This document shows, piece after piece, positions 17,641 to 28,376 of a stretch of 64,000 nucleotides of DNA (within the stretch, counting starts at the first letter, position 1; each line of letters opens with the position of its first letter). Origin of the DNA: Deltaproteobacteria bacterium (GTDB lineage Bacteria; Desulfobacterota; Binatia; UBA12015); the NCBI GenBank assembly GCA_046583355.1, contig JAYGCM010000063.1:69103-133102 (forward strand). Direction: 5' to 3'. The translations under genes and the position numbers were made by a program. The notes beneath the pieces are model-generated. The model ran no database searches. It was not told the DNA's origin and saw only the letters and a list, made by a program, of their open reading frames with translations.

Positions 17641-19143
17641 TCAATGCGCATGCGCATGCCCGCCCCCACCTCCGTCGCCCGTGGCACTCATCATGCTCGG
17701 ACGCGCCTGTATTTGCAGCGCCGAGTCGATCTTGAAATTGCCCTTGACGACGACTTCTTCGCCTTCGACCAACCCCTCCCGCACCACATAGGTCGCACCG
17801 GCACGCGGGCCGAGTACGACCTCGCGGCCCTCAAAGGTGGGGCGCTCGGCACCCGCCACCTTCACGTAGACCACAGCGCGCTCGCCTGTGATCAGCGGTG
17901 CCGTGGCCGGCACCACGAGGGGCAGAATATCGCTCGCGGGCGCGACGTAGCCGTAGTCCTCGGCGCGCACCAGATCCATACCGCAGATCGGGCAGGCGCC
18001 CGGCTCGTCGCGAATGATCTCGGGGTGCATCGGGCCGATAAATTTGCCGGCCAGCTCCGGGTCCATCACGCGGCCGCCTTCGCTGATGCCAGCGAGAACC
18101 ATCGCACGCACGAACATGCCGGGCTTGAGGCGACCGTCGGCGTTGTCGACATTGACGCGCAGCTTTACTGTCCGGGTTTTTGCGTTGACTGTCGGCTCGA
18201 TGAAGGCGACGCGGCCGCCGAAGGCCTCCCCCGGGTAGGCCTCGGTGGCGAACTCGACACGCTGGCCGAAGCGGATCCACGACATATCGGATTCATAAGC
18301 ATCGAGCTGAACCCAAAGCCTGGAGAGGTCGGCGATCTCGTAGATCAAGGTTCCGGTCTCGACGTACATACCCTCGAAGGCATGCTTCATCACCACCGTT
18401 CCGCCGATCGGCGAGAAGATGGTGAGCGTGTCTGATACCTTGCCCTCGGTCTCGATGGCGCCGATCTGCGCGGGCGTAAGACCAAGCAAGCGCAGCTTTT
18501 CCCGCGACGCATCGACGGTGGCCGAAGACGACTCGCGCAGCACGGAAACCTTGCTGCGGCGCAAAGCACGCGCGGCCTTGCCGGCCTGCAAAAGCTCTTC
18601 TTGTGCGGTGCGCAACTCGGGGCTGTAGACGACCACCAAATGGTCGCCCTGATTGACCTGCACGCCGGTGAAATCGACGAAAACCCGGTCGATCCGACCC
18701 GATACCCAGGCCGCGATCTTGCGCACGCGGGTCTCGTCGTAGGCGACCTTGCCGACCATCCTGATTTCTTTGGAAACCGCCTCGCGCACGACCACCGCGG
18801 TCTGAATTCCGGCCAGCGCGACACCCACCGCGCTCATCGTCAGGCGCCGACTCTCCACTTCCTCGCCCGCCGTGCCACTCGCGTCTCCGGTGGCGACCGG
18901 AACCAATTCCATGCCGCAGATCGGACAGCGGCCCAACGCGGGAAGCTGGATCTGCGAATGCATGGCGCAGGTCCATACCTCTGCCTGTACCGGCGCACCA
19001 CCATGACCGGCATGGCCGGCATGCACATCAGCGGCTTGCGCCGTGGCATCCGGCGCGCTGGGCTCATCGGGCGACGGGGCGCATTGCACGAGAAATCCCA
19101 GCAGCAGGGCGAATCCGAAGCGGGAAATATTGGGGCATCTCAT
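17641..19143 (-). CDS. cusB: CusB-type periplasmic adaptor with two heavy-metal-binding motifs
   Basis: WTCAMH...CPICGMEL and PMHPEI...CPICGMDL; LKPGMF; His-rich tail. Confidence 0.9.
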   Translation of the reverse strand: MRCPNISRFGFALLLGFLVQCAPSPDEPSAPDATAQAADVHAGHAGHGGAPVQAEVWTCAMHSQIQLPALGRCPICGMELVPVATGDASGTAGEEVESRRLTMSAVGVALAGIQTAVVVREAVSKEIRMVGKVAYDETRVRKIAAWVSGRIDRVFVDFTGVQVNQGDHLVVVYSPELRTAQEELLQAGKAARALRRSKVSVLRESSSATVDASREKLRLLGLTPAQIGAIETEGKVSDTLTIFSPIGGTVVMKHAFEGMYVETGTLIYEIADLSRLWVQLDAYESDMSWIRFGQRVEFATEAYPGEAFGGRVAFIEPTVNAKTRTVKLRVNVDNADGRLKPGMFVRAMVLAGISEGGRVMDPELAGKFIGPMHPEIIRDEPGACPICGMDLVRAEDYGYVAPASDILPLVVPATAPLITGERAVVYVKVAGAERPTFEGREVVLGPRAGATYVVREGLVEGEEVVVKGNFKIDSALQIQARPSMMSATGDGGGGGHAHAH

Positions 19144-20558
19144 GGCAGGACCTCCGTTGGCATGGGTTGCAACACCGACTCGCCGATCAGCTTCTCGATT
19201 TCCGCGTAACGTTCCAATCGATCGGCACGTGCCCGCTCATAGGAGAGGCCGAACTCCAAGAAGAGCCGCTGCGCCTGCAATAGGTCGAGGAAATCGGCCC
19301 CGCCGGACTCATAGGCAGAGTAGTTCGCGGCCAGCGCTTCTTTGGCCTTCGGCACCAAGGCGTTGCCGAAAAGGTCGGTCTTTCTCTCCGCATCGCGGAA
19401 ACCGTAGAGCGCAAATTGCAGATCGGTCGCCAGATTGCGCTCGCGTGCAACCCGCCGCTGGCGCGCGGCGCGCTGCAACGCTTCGGCCTCGCGCACACCC
19501 GCGCTGTATTTCTGCCACCAGATCGGCAGGTTCATCGAGACCATGCCGATCACCGGGTCCTGGCCGGCGTCGGGTACATTCTGCCCGGCCCGGCGACCGG
19601 TCTCGATCCATTCAACTCCGAGCGTCACGTCGGGGAAATATTCTTTCCAGGCGAGATCCACCCGGCGCCCTTGCTCCTCGACACCTGCCTCCAGCGCCCC
19701 GAGCTCGGGGTTGGAAGCGCCCAGCCGGGCCAACAATTCCTCATCTTCAAAGACGACTTCGAACTCGGGCAAAGCCACCGGAGCCACGATCGGCATCCGA
19801 CTCTCGCGACCCAGAACATCGTTCAGCCGAGCGATCGTCGGCACACGCAGATCTTCCAATGTACGCAGCCTATCGTCGAGTTTGCCGAGCTCCACCTGCG
19901 CGTTGATCAAATCATGGTAGCTGCCGGTCGCGACACGATATTTGGCGCGGATCAGCACCTCCCAATCGCGCAGCAGGTCGACATTTTCACGCGTCACCGC
20001 GATGGCGCGAGCGAGGTAATAATACTCGGCCCAGGCCTGCGTCACCTGCTCGAAAAGACGGAGTTTTCGCGCCTCGAAGCGCAACCGCGCGGCTTCGGCC
20101 GCCTGCGCCGCGAGTTCACCGCGCAAGATCAGCTTGGTAAGCCAGGGGAAGGTCTGTGCACCGCGCAGGCGCTGCTGCTGCGGCCCGGTAAAGGTCTCGA
20201 CGCTTGCGAAATAATAGCCGTAGGAGATCTGCGGATCGGGCAACGCCTCGGCTTGCACGACGCGCTCCACCGCGGCCATCCAGAGCTGCCAGGAGGCACG
20301 CAGGCCGGGGTTATGCAGCGCAGCATAGCGCAAAAAATCGTCGAGCCCGGCCTCGTCGGCAAGCTCGATATCCGCAGCCAAGGTCGCCTCGGCCGCACTG
20401 CTTGGCGACGCCACCGCGACGGCATCCGCGTAAGCCGGCGGCCGCGGCTGGCTCAGCGAGACACACGAACTACCCAGCATCAGAACTCCGAGCAGCACGC
20501 CGAGCAGCAAGGGCGTCCGCGAGGGCATCTTGGGGCGTCGGATCATGTCATGCGTCAC
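19140..20558 (-). CDS. TolC-family outer membrane efflux lipoprotein (start may be 20546)
   Basis: NPGL/LPDP, NPEL/FPDV and YESG...FLDLL repeats; overlaps the cusB start. Confidence 0.9.
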   Translation of the reverse strand: MTHDMIRRPKMPSRTPLLLGVLLGVLMLGSSCVSLSQPRPPAYADAVAVASPSSAAEATLAADIELADEAGLDDFLRYAALHNPGLRASWQLWMAAVERVVQAEALPDPQISYGYYFASVETFTGPQQQRLRGAQTFPWLTKLILRGELAAQAAEAARLRFEARKLRLFEQVTQAWAEYYYLARAIAVTRENVDLLRDWEVLIRAKYRVATGSYHDLINAQVELGKLDDRLRTLEDLRVPTIARLNDVLGRESRMPIVAPVALPEFEVVFEDEELLARLGASNPELGALEAGVEEQGRRVDLAWKEYFPDVTLGVEWIETGRRAGQNVPDAGQDPVIGMVSMNLPIWWQKYSAGVREAEALQRAARQRRVARERNLATDLQFALYGFRDAERKTDLFGNALVPKAKEALAANYSAYESGGADFLDLLQAQRLFLEFGLSYERARADRLERYAEIEKLIGESVLQPMPTEVLP

Positions 20559-20711
20559 AAGCTCGGGCTCGGCACCATCATCACGACCCCGTCTCTTAAT
20601 CCGATATGCCAGTCCTCACTCGGGAGCAAGGCAAAGCAGCTTGCTCCGAGAGCCGGCGCGATGAGGCACCTCCCGGATGTGGGAAAAATTCGCAATTGAT
20701 TCGCTTTCCCA

Positions 20712-20740
20712 TTGACGCGGAGCGAGCCGCGCGCGACGAT
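20712..20740 (+). promoter_or_regulatory. Sigma70-type promoter for lhr (near-leaderless)
   Basis: TTGACG-N17-GACGAT ending 9 nt before ATG 20750. Confidence 0.45.
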
Positions 20741-20749
20741 GTGAGCTGC

Positions 20750-23700
20750 ATGGAGGGGATTGCTTTCGATCCGCTGGTGGCTGGCTGGTTTGCCGAGCAC
20801 TTCGCGGCCGCCACGCCGCCGCAGGAAGCCGGCTGGCGAGAAATCGCCGCCGGCCGCGATACGCTCATCGCCGCGCCCACCGGTTCGGGCAAGACTCTCG
20901 CCGCCTTCCTCTGGGCGATCAACGGGCTCGCCCGCCGCGCCCGCGAGAACCGACTGCCGGAGAAAACCTGTATCCTCTACATCTCGCCCCTCAAGGCGCT
21001 CGGCAACGATATCGAGAAGAACCTCGAGATCCCGCTCGGCGGCATTCGCGCCCGCGCCAAGGCCGAGGGGATTAGCATGGAAGAGATCCGCGTCGCCGTG
21101 CGCAGCGGCGATACGCCGGCCTCGGAGCGTCAGAGGATGTTGCGCAAGCCGCCGCATATCCTGATCACCACGCCGGAGTCTCTCTATCTCCTGCTCACTG
21201 CCGAGAAGAGCCGGCGCATGCTGGAGAACGTCGAGACCATCCTGATCGACGAGGTGCATGCCATCTGCGGCAACAAACGCGGCGCGCATCTGGCGCTGAG
21301 CCTCGAGCGCCTCGACCAGCTCATCACCTCGGCCGACGGCGACCTCGAATCCTCCCGCCGGCGCCCGCAGCGCATCGGCCTCTCGGCCACGCAGAAACCG
21401 ATCTCCGAGATCGCCCGCTGGCTGGTCGGCTGCGACCACCTCCTGCCCGATGGCAGCGCCGATTGTTCGATTGTCGACACCGGCCATAAACGTGCCATGG
21501 AACTCTCGATCGAAACCACCGAGCTCGAACTCTCGGCCATCGCCAGCCATGAGATGCGCGACGCGATCTACGACCGCATCGTCGAACTCTCCGGCCAGCA
21601 CCGCACCACCATCGTCTTCGTCAATACCCGCCGCCTGGTCGAGCGTGTATCGCATGCCCTCGGCGAGCGTCTCGGCGCCGAGCGCGTAGTCGCCCACCAC
21701 GGCAGCCTATCCAAGAAAATTCGCCTCGAAGCCGAGGCCAAGCTCAAATCCGGCAATGTCCCCGTGGTTGTCGCGACCGCATCGCTGGAGCTCGGAATCG
21801 ACGTCGGCCATGTTGACCTGGTTTGCCATCTCGGCGCACCCCGCGCGATCGCCACCCTGCTGCAGCGAGTCGGTCGCTCGGGCCATTGGCTGGGCCAGGT
21901 ACCGCGCGGCATTTTCTTCCCTCTGACCCGCGACGAGATGGTGCAGACCGCCGCGGCCGTGCGCGCCATTCGCCTGGGCGAACTCGACCGCATCCTCATG
22001 CCGGAGAATTGCCGCGATATCCTGGCGCAACAAATCGTTGCCACCGTCGCCACCGGCGATATCGGCCTCGCCGAAATCGAGGCATTGGTGCGCCGTGCCT
22101 GGCCTTGGCGCAACCTCGACAAGGCCGAGTTCGACGCGATCATCGAAATGCTCGCCGAGGGCGTCTCGACGCGACGCGGACGGCGCTCCGCGCATCTTCA
22201 TTTCGACCGCGTGAACGGCCGCCTACGCGCGCGCCGCGGGGCGCGTCTCGCCGCCATTACCGGTGGCGGCGCCATCCCCGACACCGGAAATTACGATGTC
22301 ATCGAAGACGGCACCGAAGCACGGGTCGGCTCGGTCGATGAAGATTTCGCGGTCGAGAGCATGCGCGGCGATATCTTCCAGCTCGGCAACCACAGCTGGC
22401 GGGTGCGGCGCGTCGAACTGGGCAAGGTACGCGTCGAAGATGCCGGCCAGATCCCGCCAACCATTCCTTTCTGGTTCGGCGAGGCACCGGCACGCACGCG
22501 CGAACTCTCCGACGCCGTCTCCGACCTGCGCGAAGAAGTCGCCACCCGACTACCCGACCGCCCTGCCCTGCTTCTCTGGCTGATGGAAGAATGCGGTATT
22601 GACGCAAGGGGCGGCGAACAGATCATCGAATATATCGCCGCCACCGTGCATGAGCTTGGCTGCGTACCCACCGGCACCCGACTGATCGCCGAGCGCTTTT
22701 TCGACGAGAGCGGCGGCATGCAGCTGGTGATTCACGCCCCTCTCGGCGGCGCGATCAACCGCGCCTTCGGCCTCGCCTTGCGCAAACGTTTCTGCGTCGG
22801 CTTCGATTTCGAGTTGCAAGCAGCCGCCACGGATGACGGCATCGTGCTCTCGCTCGGCGAACAACATAGTTTTCCGCTGCCTTCGCTCTTCGATATGGTC
22901 CACCCCGACCGCGTCGAGAGCGACCTGATCCAGGCCGTCCTGGCAGCCCCGATGTTCACCAACCGCTGGCGCTGGAACGCAACGCGTTCGCTCACGCTGG
23001 CTCGCCATATGGGCGGCAAGCGAGTTCCCATCCATCTCCAGCGCATGCGCGCCGAAGACCTCGTCGCCGCCATTTTCCCCGCCCAACTCGGCTGCGGCGA
23101 CAACCGCAGCGGGCCGATCGAGCTGGTCGACCATCCCCTTGTCAATGAAACGATCGACAATTGCCTACACGAGGCGATGGATACCGAAGGCCTGAAGACA
23201 ACCTTGCGCGCCATCCGTGCGGGCGACATCGAGGTCCGCACCATCGAGACCCCCTCGCCCTCACCTATGGCGCATGAGATCCTCAACGCGAACCCCTATG
23301 CCTTCCTTGACGATGCGCCGCTCGAGGAGCGCCGTGCGCGGGCGGTGAGCCTGCGTCGCACCGACGATACGCTAGCCCGCGGGCTGGGCCAGCTCGATGC
23401 CGCGGCCATCGCCGAGGTCCGCACGCAGGCCTGGCCAGATATCCGCACCGCCGACGAATTACACGATGCCTTGCTCGATCTTGTCTGGCTCGGCGAGGCC
23501 GATCTCGAGGCGCCCGCAGGCCAAGACCCGAACGGCCATCCGGCGCCACATAATTGGCGCGTGCTCTTCGAGGAACTGGTCGGCGAAGGCCGCGCGACGC
23601 TTGCCCTCCACCAGGACGCCACAGGTACCGAGCGGCGGGTCGCCGTGGTGGCCGAGCGTATCGCGCTGGCACGGCTCGGGTTGCCGGGACTGGTTTGCCA

Positions 23701-25078
23701 GCGTGATCTCAAAGAGTTTCCCGATACGCATCAAGGCCAGAATCCGGATGCGGCCATCGTCATCGCCACGCGCGGCTGGCTCGAATGTAGCGGCCCTACG
23801 ACAAGCGCCATCCTCGCCACGCGCCTCGGTATCAGTGCCGCTGCGGTCGCGAGCGCACTCGCGCATCTCGAGAACGACGGGGTCGCCATGCGCGGCAGCT
23901 TCACACCCGGCACGACACAAGAAGAATGGTGCGAGCGGCGGCTGCTGGCGCGCATTCACCGCAGCACGCTCGGGCGTCTGCGCGCCGAAATCGACCCCGT
24001 CTCGCCGGCCGATTTCATGCGCTTTCTCTTTCGCTGGCAGCATATCGGCGAAGACGTCCGCCTGCATGGCAGCGACGGGACGGCCGCAGTCATCCAACAA
24101 TTACACGGGCTCGAGATCCCCGCGCCGGCCTGGGAGCAAAGCGTCCTGCCCATACGCATCCAGGATTATGCCCCGAGCCTGCTCGACCAACTCTGTCTTG
24201 GTGGCATCGTCGCCTGGGGACGCTTCTCGCCACCCGTGATCCACCCGGACAAAACCCGCCGCGTCAGCGCACCTTCGCGCAGCGCCCCGCTGGGCCTGGT
24301 GATGCGCGCCGAACTCGACCAGCTCTTCGCCGATGACGCCGGCCGCGACGCACCCGTGCTCAGCCATGGCGCGGCCGATGCGCTGACCTTCCTCGGTAGC
24401 GAGGGCGCCTCCTTCCTATCCGATGTCGCGCGCGGCACCGGGCTGCTGCCGACGGCTGCCGAAGATGCCCTCTGGGAGCTGGTGGCGCGCGGATTGGTGA
24501 CCGGAGACGGCTTTGCCGGCCTGCGCATGCTGCTCTCGCGCGATGCGAAGAAAAGCCCGGAGCGCCGGCTGCGCAGCGTCCGCGGCGTTCGCACCCGCAG
24601 CCTGCCAATCGGGCGCTGGGCTCTTCTGCGCCGGCAACGAGGCGAGTCTGAGCCCTCGGCGTCGGCCGAGGAAGCCGCCGCCGAAGATATGGTCCGCCTC
24701 GCATTACGGCGCTGGGGCGTGGTTTTCCGCGAAGTGCTCGCGCGCGAGAGCCTGATGCCCAGCTGGCGAGTGATGCTGCATGCGATGCGCCGGCTCGAAG
24801 CACGTGGTGAGATCCGCGGAGGACGCTTCGTCTCGGGATTCGTGGGCGAGCAATTCGCCACCCCCGAGGCCATCGACGGTATCCGCGCCGTCCGCCGTAC
24901 CAAAGATTCCGGCGCTACTCTCCTGGTCGCGGCCGCAGACCCGCTGAACCTCGTCGGCATCCTTTCGCCGGGGGGCCGGGTGTCGCCGCAGAGCAATGCC
25001 GTGATCGCCTACCGCGACGGGATTCCGCTTGAGGTCGGCGAGCTCGGCCAGGTCCGCAGCCGCCTGCAGCTGCCCTGA
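20750..25078 (+). CDS. lhr: Lhr-family SF2 helicase, long form
   Basis: APTGSGKT, TTPES, DEVH, GLSAT and QRVGRSGH motifs; C-terminal EIRGGRFVSGFVGEQFA. Confidence 0.93.
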   Translation: MEGIAFDPLVAGWFAEHFAAATPPQEAGWREIAAGRDTLIAAPTGSGKTLAAFLWAINGLARRARENRLPEKTCILYISPLKALGNDIEKNLEIPLGGIRARAKAEGISMEEIRVAVRSGDTPASERQRMLRKPPHILITTPESLYLLLTAEKSRRMLENVETILIDEVHAICGNKRGAHLALSLERLDQLITSADGDLESSRRRPQRIGLSATQKPISEIARWLVGCDHLLPDGSADCSIVDTGHKRAMELSIETTELELSAIASHEMRDAIYDRIVELSGQHRTTIVFVNTRRLVERVSHALGERLGAERVVAHHGSLSKKIRLEAEAKLKSGNVPVVVATASLELGIDVGHVDLVCHLGAPRAIATLLQRVGRSGHWLGQVPRGIFFPLTRDEMVQTAAAVRAIRLGELDRILMPENCRDILAQQIVATVATGDIGLAEIEALVRRAWPWRNLDKAEFDAIIEMLAEGVSTRRGRRSAHLHFDRVNGRLRARRGARLAAITGGGAIPDTGNYDVIEDGTEARVGSVDEDFAVESMRGDIFQLGNHSWRVRRVELGKVRVEDAGQIPPTIPFWFGEAPARTRELSDAVSDLREEVATRLPDRPALLLWLMEECGIDARGGEQIIEYIAATVHELGCVPTGTRLIAERFFDESGGMQLVIHAPLGGAINRAFGLALRKRFCVGFDFELQAAATDDGIVLSLGEQHSFPLPSLFDMVHPDRVESDLIQAVLAAPMFTNRWRWNATRSLTLARHMGGKRVPIHLQRMRAEDLVAAIFPAQLGCGDNRSGPIELVDHPLVNETIDNCLHEAMDTEGLKTTLRAIRAGDIEVRTIETPSPSPMAHEILNANPYAFLDDAPLEERRARAVSLRRTDDTLARGLGQLDAAAIAEVRTQAWPDIRTADELHDALLDLVWLGEADLEAPAGQDPNGHPAPHNWRVLFEELVGEGRATLALHQDATGTERRVAVVAERIALARLGLPGLVCQRDLKEFPDTHQGQNPDAAIVIATRGWLECSGPTTSAILATRLGISAAAVASALAHLENDGVAMRGSFTPGTTQEEWCERRLLARIHRSTLGRLRAEIDPVSPADFMRFLFRWQHIGEDVRLHGSDGTAAVIQQLHGLEIPAPAWEQSVLPIRIQDYAPSLLDQLCLGGIVAWGRFSPPVIHPDKTRRVSAPSRSAPLGLVMRAELDQLFADDAGRDAPVLSHGAADALTFLGSEGASFLSDVARGTGLLPTAAEDALWELVARGLVTGDGFAGLRMLLSRDAKKSPERRLRSVRGVRTRSLPIGRWALLRRQRGESEPSASAEEAAAEDMVRLALRRWGVVFREVLARESLMPSWRVMLHAMRRLEARGEIRGGRFVSGFVGEQFATPEAIDGIRAVRRTKDSGATLLVAAADPLNLVGILSPGGRVSPQSNAVIAYRDGIPLEVGELGQVRSRLQLP

Positions 25079-25192
25079 TTCAGGAGGTATCGAGAAAGAT
25101 CGTCGACCGAACCTCCAGGCGGCATTCGAGCACCGCTAGCGGCCGGACCTCCGGGGTCGTCGAGCACCCCCATTCCGTGATAGGGCGTAATC

Positions 25193-25684
25193 ATGATCTC
25201 CCCCAAATCATGCATCCCGTTGTCCTTGCTTCTCGCCCTCGGCTGTACGCCGCCTGCCGAAACTCCCCCACAGGAGACTGGGCAGGGAAAGCCGCAGGTC
25301 GTCTGGATCGATATTCCCGACACCCAGGACCGGATGCTCGTCACGGTGGGCGCGGGCCATCAGCGCGAAGCCGTGATTGATGTTCCTTGGACCCAGGAGA
25401 TACGCGAAACGGCCGTGCAGGACGGCTTTACGCGGGGCCGCGATGCCCATATGACCCGCGCTGTATACGGCTTCCATTGCCGGAGTCTTTCGATCTCCAC
25501 GAATTCCTATGCGGTTTTGAGCGAGCAGGGCGAGACGCTTACCTCGCAACTCTTCGCCAAGCCGCAATTGCAGCCAGCTGAGCCGGGTTCGACCGCAGCG
25601 CGCTACCTGGTTGCCGCATGCGATGATGAGTTGGCACCGGCCGCGATCAAACGCCTCCTCGGAATCGAGCCCCCCGCGCGCTAA
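25193..25684 (+). CDS. Hypothetical lipoprotein
   Basis: LALG/C lipobox; two further Cys residues. Confidence 0.7.
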   Translation: MISPKSCIPLSLLLALGCTPPAETPPQETGQGKPQVVWIDIPDTQDRMLVTVGAGHQREAVIDVPWTQEIRETAVQDGFTRGRDAHMTRAVYGFHCRSLSISTNSYAVLSEQGETLTSQLFAKPQLQPAEPGSTAARYLVAACDDELAPAAIKRLLGIEPPAR

Positions 25685-25694
25685 CCTCGGGACG

Positions 25695-26981
25695 ATGCCA
25701 TCGTCCATGGAGCCAAACGAAGTCCTCGCCGCCGGCGAGATCGATCTATCCGCCCCGGAATTCTGGAGCCGCCCTTGGGAAGAGCGCGAAGGGGCCTTTC
25801 GTACCTTACGGCGCGAGCGGCCGATGCCCTTTTTCAAGGAATTTGATTTCGGCCTGATGCCCGTTGGCCCCGGCTATTGGGGGCTCACGAAACACGCGGA
25901 TATCCTTGAGGCGAGCCGCAACCCGAAGGTCTTCTCCTCGGCGCGCGGGGCAACCAGCATCCCCGACCTGCCGCCTGAGTTCCTCGAATTCTTCGGTGGC
26001 ATGATCAATATGGACGATCCGGCCCATATGCGGTTGCGCAAGCTGATCTCAGCCGGGTTCACGCCTGGACAGCTCAAAAAAGTCAACCAAGATGTCGAGC
26101 ATGCGGCTGCGGAAATCATCGGCGCGGTGGCCGAACGGGGGGAATGCGATTTCGTCACTGATCTTTCGGCACAATTCCCGATCCGCGTCATCTGCGATAT
26201 GATGGGCATCCCCAAGAGCCAGCATGAGTTCGTCTTCGAGCGCACCAATATCATTCTCGGTGCGGGCGACCCGGAGTATGTTGATGAGCCGGAGAAGATC
26301 ATCCCTGCATTGCTTGGCGCCGGCGCCGACCTCGTCGAGTTGATGCGTGAGATGCGCAAAGACCGCCTGGCGAATCCGACCGATGATCTCACCTCGCTAC
26401 TTGTTCATGCCGAGATCGACGGCGACCGACTCACCGAGCAAGACCTCGGCAGTTTCTTCATTCTGCTTGTGGTTGCCGGCAACGAGACCACCCGGAATTC
26501 GATCAGTCACGGGATGAAGGCGCTCTGCGACTACCCGGAGCAACGCGCGCTCTGGCAGGAGGATTTTACCGGTGGGATGCCTGCCGCGATTGAGGAGATC
26601 GTGCGCTGGGCCACACCCGTAATCTTCATGCGACGAACCCTCCTTGAAGATTATAAAATGCGCGGCGAATTGCTGAAGGCCGGTGATAAAGTCTTGTTCT
26701 GGTACAATTCCGGCAACCGCGACGAAGAAGTTTTCGACAATCCCTACGCCTTCGATATCCGCCGCACGCCCAACGAACATATCGGCTTCGGCGGACCCGG
26801 ACCGCATTTCTGCCTCGGCGCCAACCTCGCCCGCCGCGAGATCGGCGTCTTCTTCCGCCACCTTTTTGAACGCCTGCCCGACCTGCAAATCGCAGGCGAG
26901 CCAGAGCGCCTGCACTCGAATTTCATCCACGGAATCAAACATATGAACTGCACCTTCACGCCAACCCTGGCCCGCGGGTAG
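25695..26981 (+). CDS. Cytochrome P450 (CYP124/125-like)
   Basis: AGNETT, EIVR and FGGPGPHFCLG motifs. Confidence 0.93.
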   Translation: MPSSMEPNEVLAAGEIDLSAPEFWSRPWEEREGAFRTLRRERPMPFFKEFDFGLMPVGPGYWGLTKHADILEASRNPKVFSSARGATSIPDLPPEFLEFFGGMINMDDPAHMRLRKLISAGFTPGQLKKVNQDVEHAAAEIIGAVAERGECDFVTDLSAQFPIRVICDMMGIPKSQHEFVFERTNIILGAGDPEYVDEPEKIIPALLGAGADLVELMREMRKDRLANPTDDLTSLLVHAEIDGDRLTEQDLGSFFILLVVAGNETTRNSISHGMKALCDYPEQRALWQEDFTGGMPAAIEEIVRWATPVIFMRRTLLEDYKMRGELLKAGDKVLFWYNSGNRDEEVFDNPYAFDIRRTPNEHIGFGGPGPHFCLGANLARREIGVFFRHLFERLPDLQIAGEPERLHSNFIHGIKHMNCTFTPTLARG

Positions 26982-26990
26982 AGGGCCGCC

Positions 26991-28376
26991 ATGGACTTCC
27001 GTTCGCTCCCCAGTGTCGAGGCCGTGCTCGAGGGAGAGACCGGCACCCTACTCGCAAAGAGGTTCCCTCGCGCACTGGTTGGCGACGCTGTGCGGGCGGC
27101 GCTCGACGAACTCCGCGCGGCGATCCGCGACGGCCATCCTGCGTCGGGAGAGGCACAGCAAGAGGTCCGGATACGCGCCGAACTCTGGCTCGAGGCCGCC
27201 GCACGCCCGGGCCTGCCGCGCGTCGTCAACGCAACCGGCATCGTGCTGCATACAAACCTCGGACGCGCCGTCCTTGGCGATGCCGCGCGCGAGGCGCTGA
27301 TTGATGCCGCCACCTACCCAAGTGCCCTTGAATTCGACCTCCGCACCGGCCAACGCGGCCATCGTGACGACCATATCCGCCAAAGCCTGCTCGCGCTGAC
27401 GGGCGCAGCCGACGCATTGGTCGTCAACAACAATGCCGCTGCCCTCATGCTCGCCGTCAATACGCTGGCCGATAGGCGCGAGGTCATCGTATCACGCGGC
27501 GAACTGATCGAGATCGGCGGCAGCTTTCGCCTACCCGACCTGCTGGCGCGCTCCGGGGCGATCCTGCGCGAGGTCGGCACGACCAACCGCACGCGTGTCG
27601 AGGATATCGCCGCAGCCATTACGCGGCGTACCGGCCTCATCCTGCGCGCCCATCCGAGCAATTATCGAATCGAGGGGTTCACCGAACGCCCCGATCTGCG
27701 CGCGCTCGCCGCGCTGGCTCGCGAGCAGAAAATCCCCCTGCTCGAAGACCTTGGCAGCGGTGCGCTGCTCGACCTCGGCGCGCACGGCCTGCCACCGGAG
27801 CCGACCGTGCGCGCCTCGATCGAGGCCGGCGTTGACCTGGTCTCGTTCAGCGGCGACAAAATTCTCGGCGGGCCGCAGGCCGGGCTCGTGGTCGGCCGCG
27901 CCGAACTCATTGCGGCGATGCAAAAGAATCCGCTCAAGCGTGCGCTGCGCGTCGACAAGCTCATTCTGGCCGCCCTGCGCGCCACCCTCGTCACCTTGCG
28001 CAGCAGCGACGATCCGATCGAAGCGCTGCCCACATTGCGCCTTCTCGCCCGCGAAGAATCCGAGCTGGAGGCCCTGGCACGCGTCGCGATCGGCGCATTG
28101 GAAGCGGGATTGGGCAAGGACTTCCAGCTGCAAATCGTCGCGTCCCATGCCGAGGTCGGTAGCGGCGCCCAACCCATGCGCACCATCGCGAGCCGGGCCA
28201 TCGAGGTCCGCCACGCCAGCTGGTCGGCCGGCCAGACGGCGGCCTGGTTCCGCGCCGCCGCCACACCCATCCTGGGCCGCATTCAGGACGATACCTTTCG
28301 CCTTGAGTTGCACGCCGTGGAATCGGCCGAGGATCTGCTACCCACCCACACGGGCCTGGGCCCCTACGCACCATGA
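26991..28376 (+). CDS. selA: L-seryl-tRNA(Sec) selenium transferase
   Basis: [29 protein letters not shown] and [13 protein letters not shown] motifs. Confidence 0.96.
   Translation: MDFRSLPSVEAVLEGETGTLLAKRFPRALVGDAVRAALDELRAAIRDGHPASGEAQQEVRIRAELWLEAAARPGLPRVVNATGIVLHTNLGRAVLGDAAREALIDAATYPSALEFDLRTGQRGHRDDHIRQSLLALTGAADALVVNNNAAALMLAVNTLADRREVIVSRGELIEIGGSFRLPDLLARSGAILREVGTTNRTRVEDIAAAITRRTGLILRAHPSNYRIEGFTERPDLRALAALAREQKIPLLEDLGSGALLDLGAHGLPPEPTVRASIEAGVDLVSFSGDKILGGPQAGLVVGRAELIAAMQKNPLKRALRVDKLILAALRATLVTLRSSDDPIEALPTLRLLAREESELEALARVAIGALEAGLGKDFQLQIVASHAEVGSGAQPMRTIASRAIEVRHASWSAGQTAAWFRAAATPILGRIQDDTFRLELHAVESAEDLLPTHTGLGPYAP

Noticed and set aside
20600..20750. WYL/PafBC-type motif upstream of lhr linking it to the WYL regulon
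   Set aside because: No GACA/TGTC element found; an ordinary sigma70-like promoter is present
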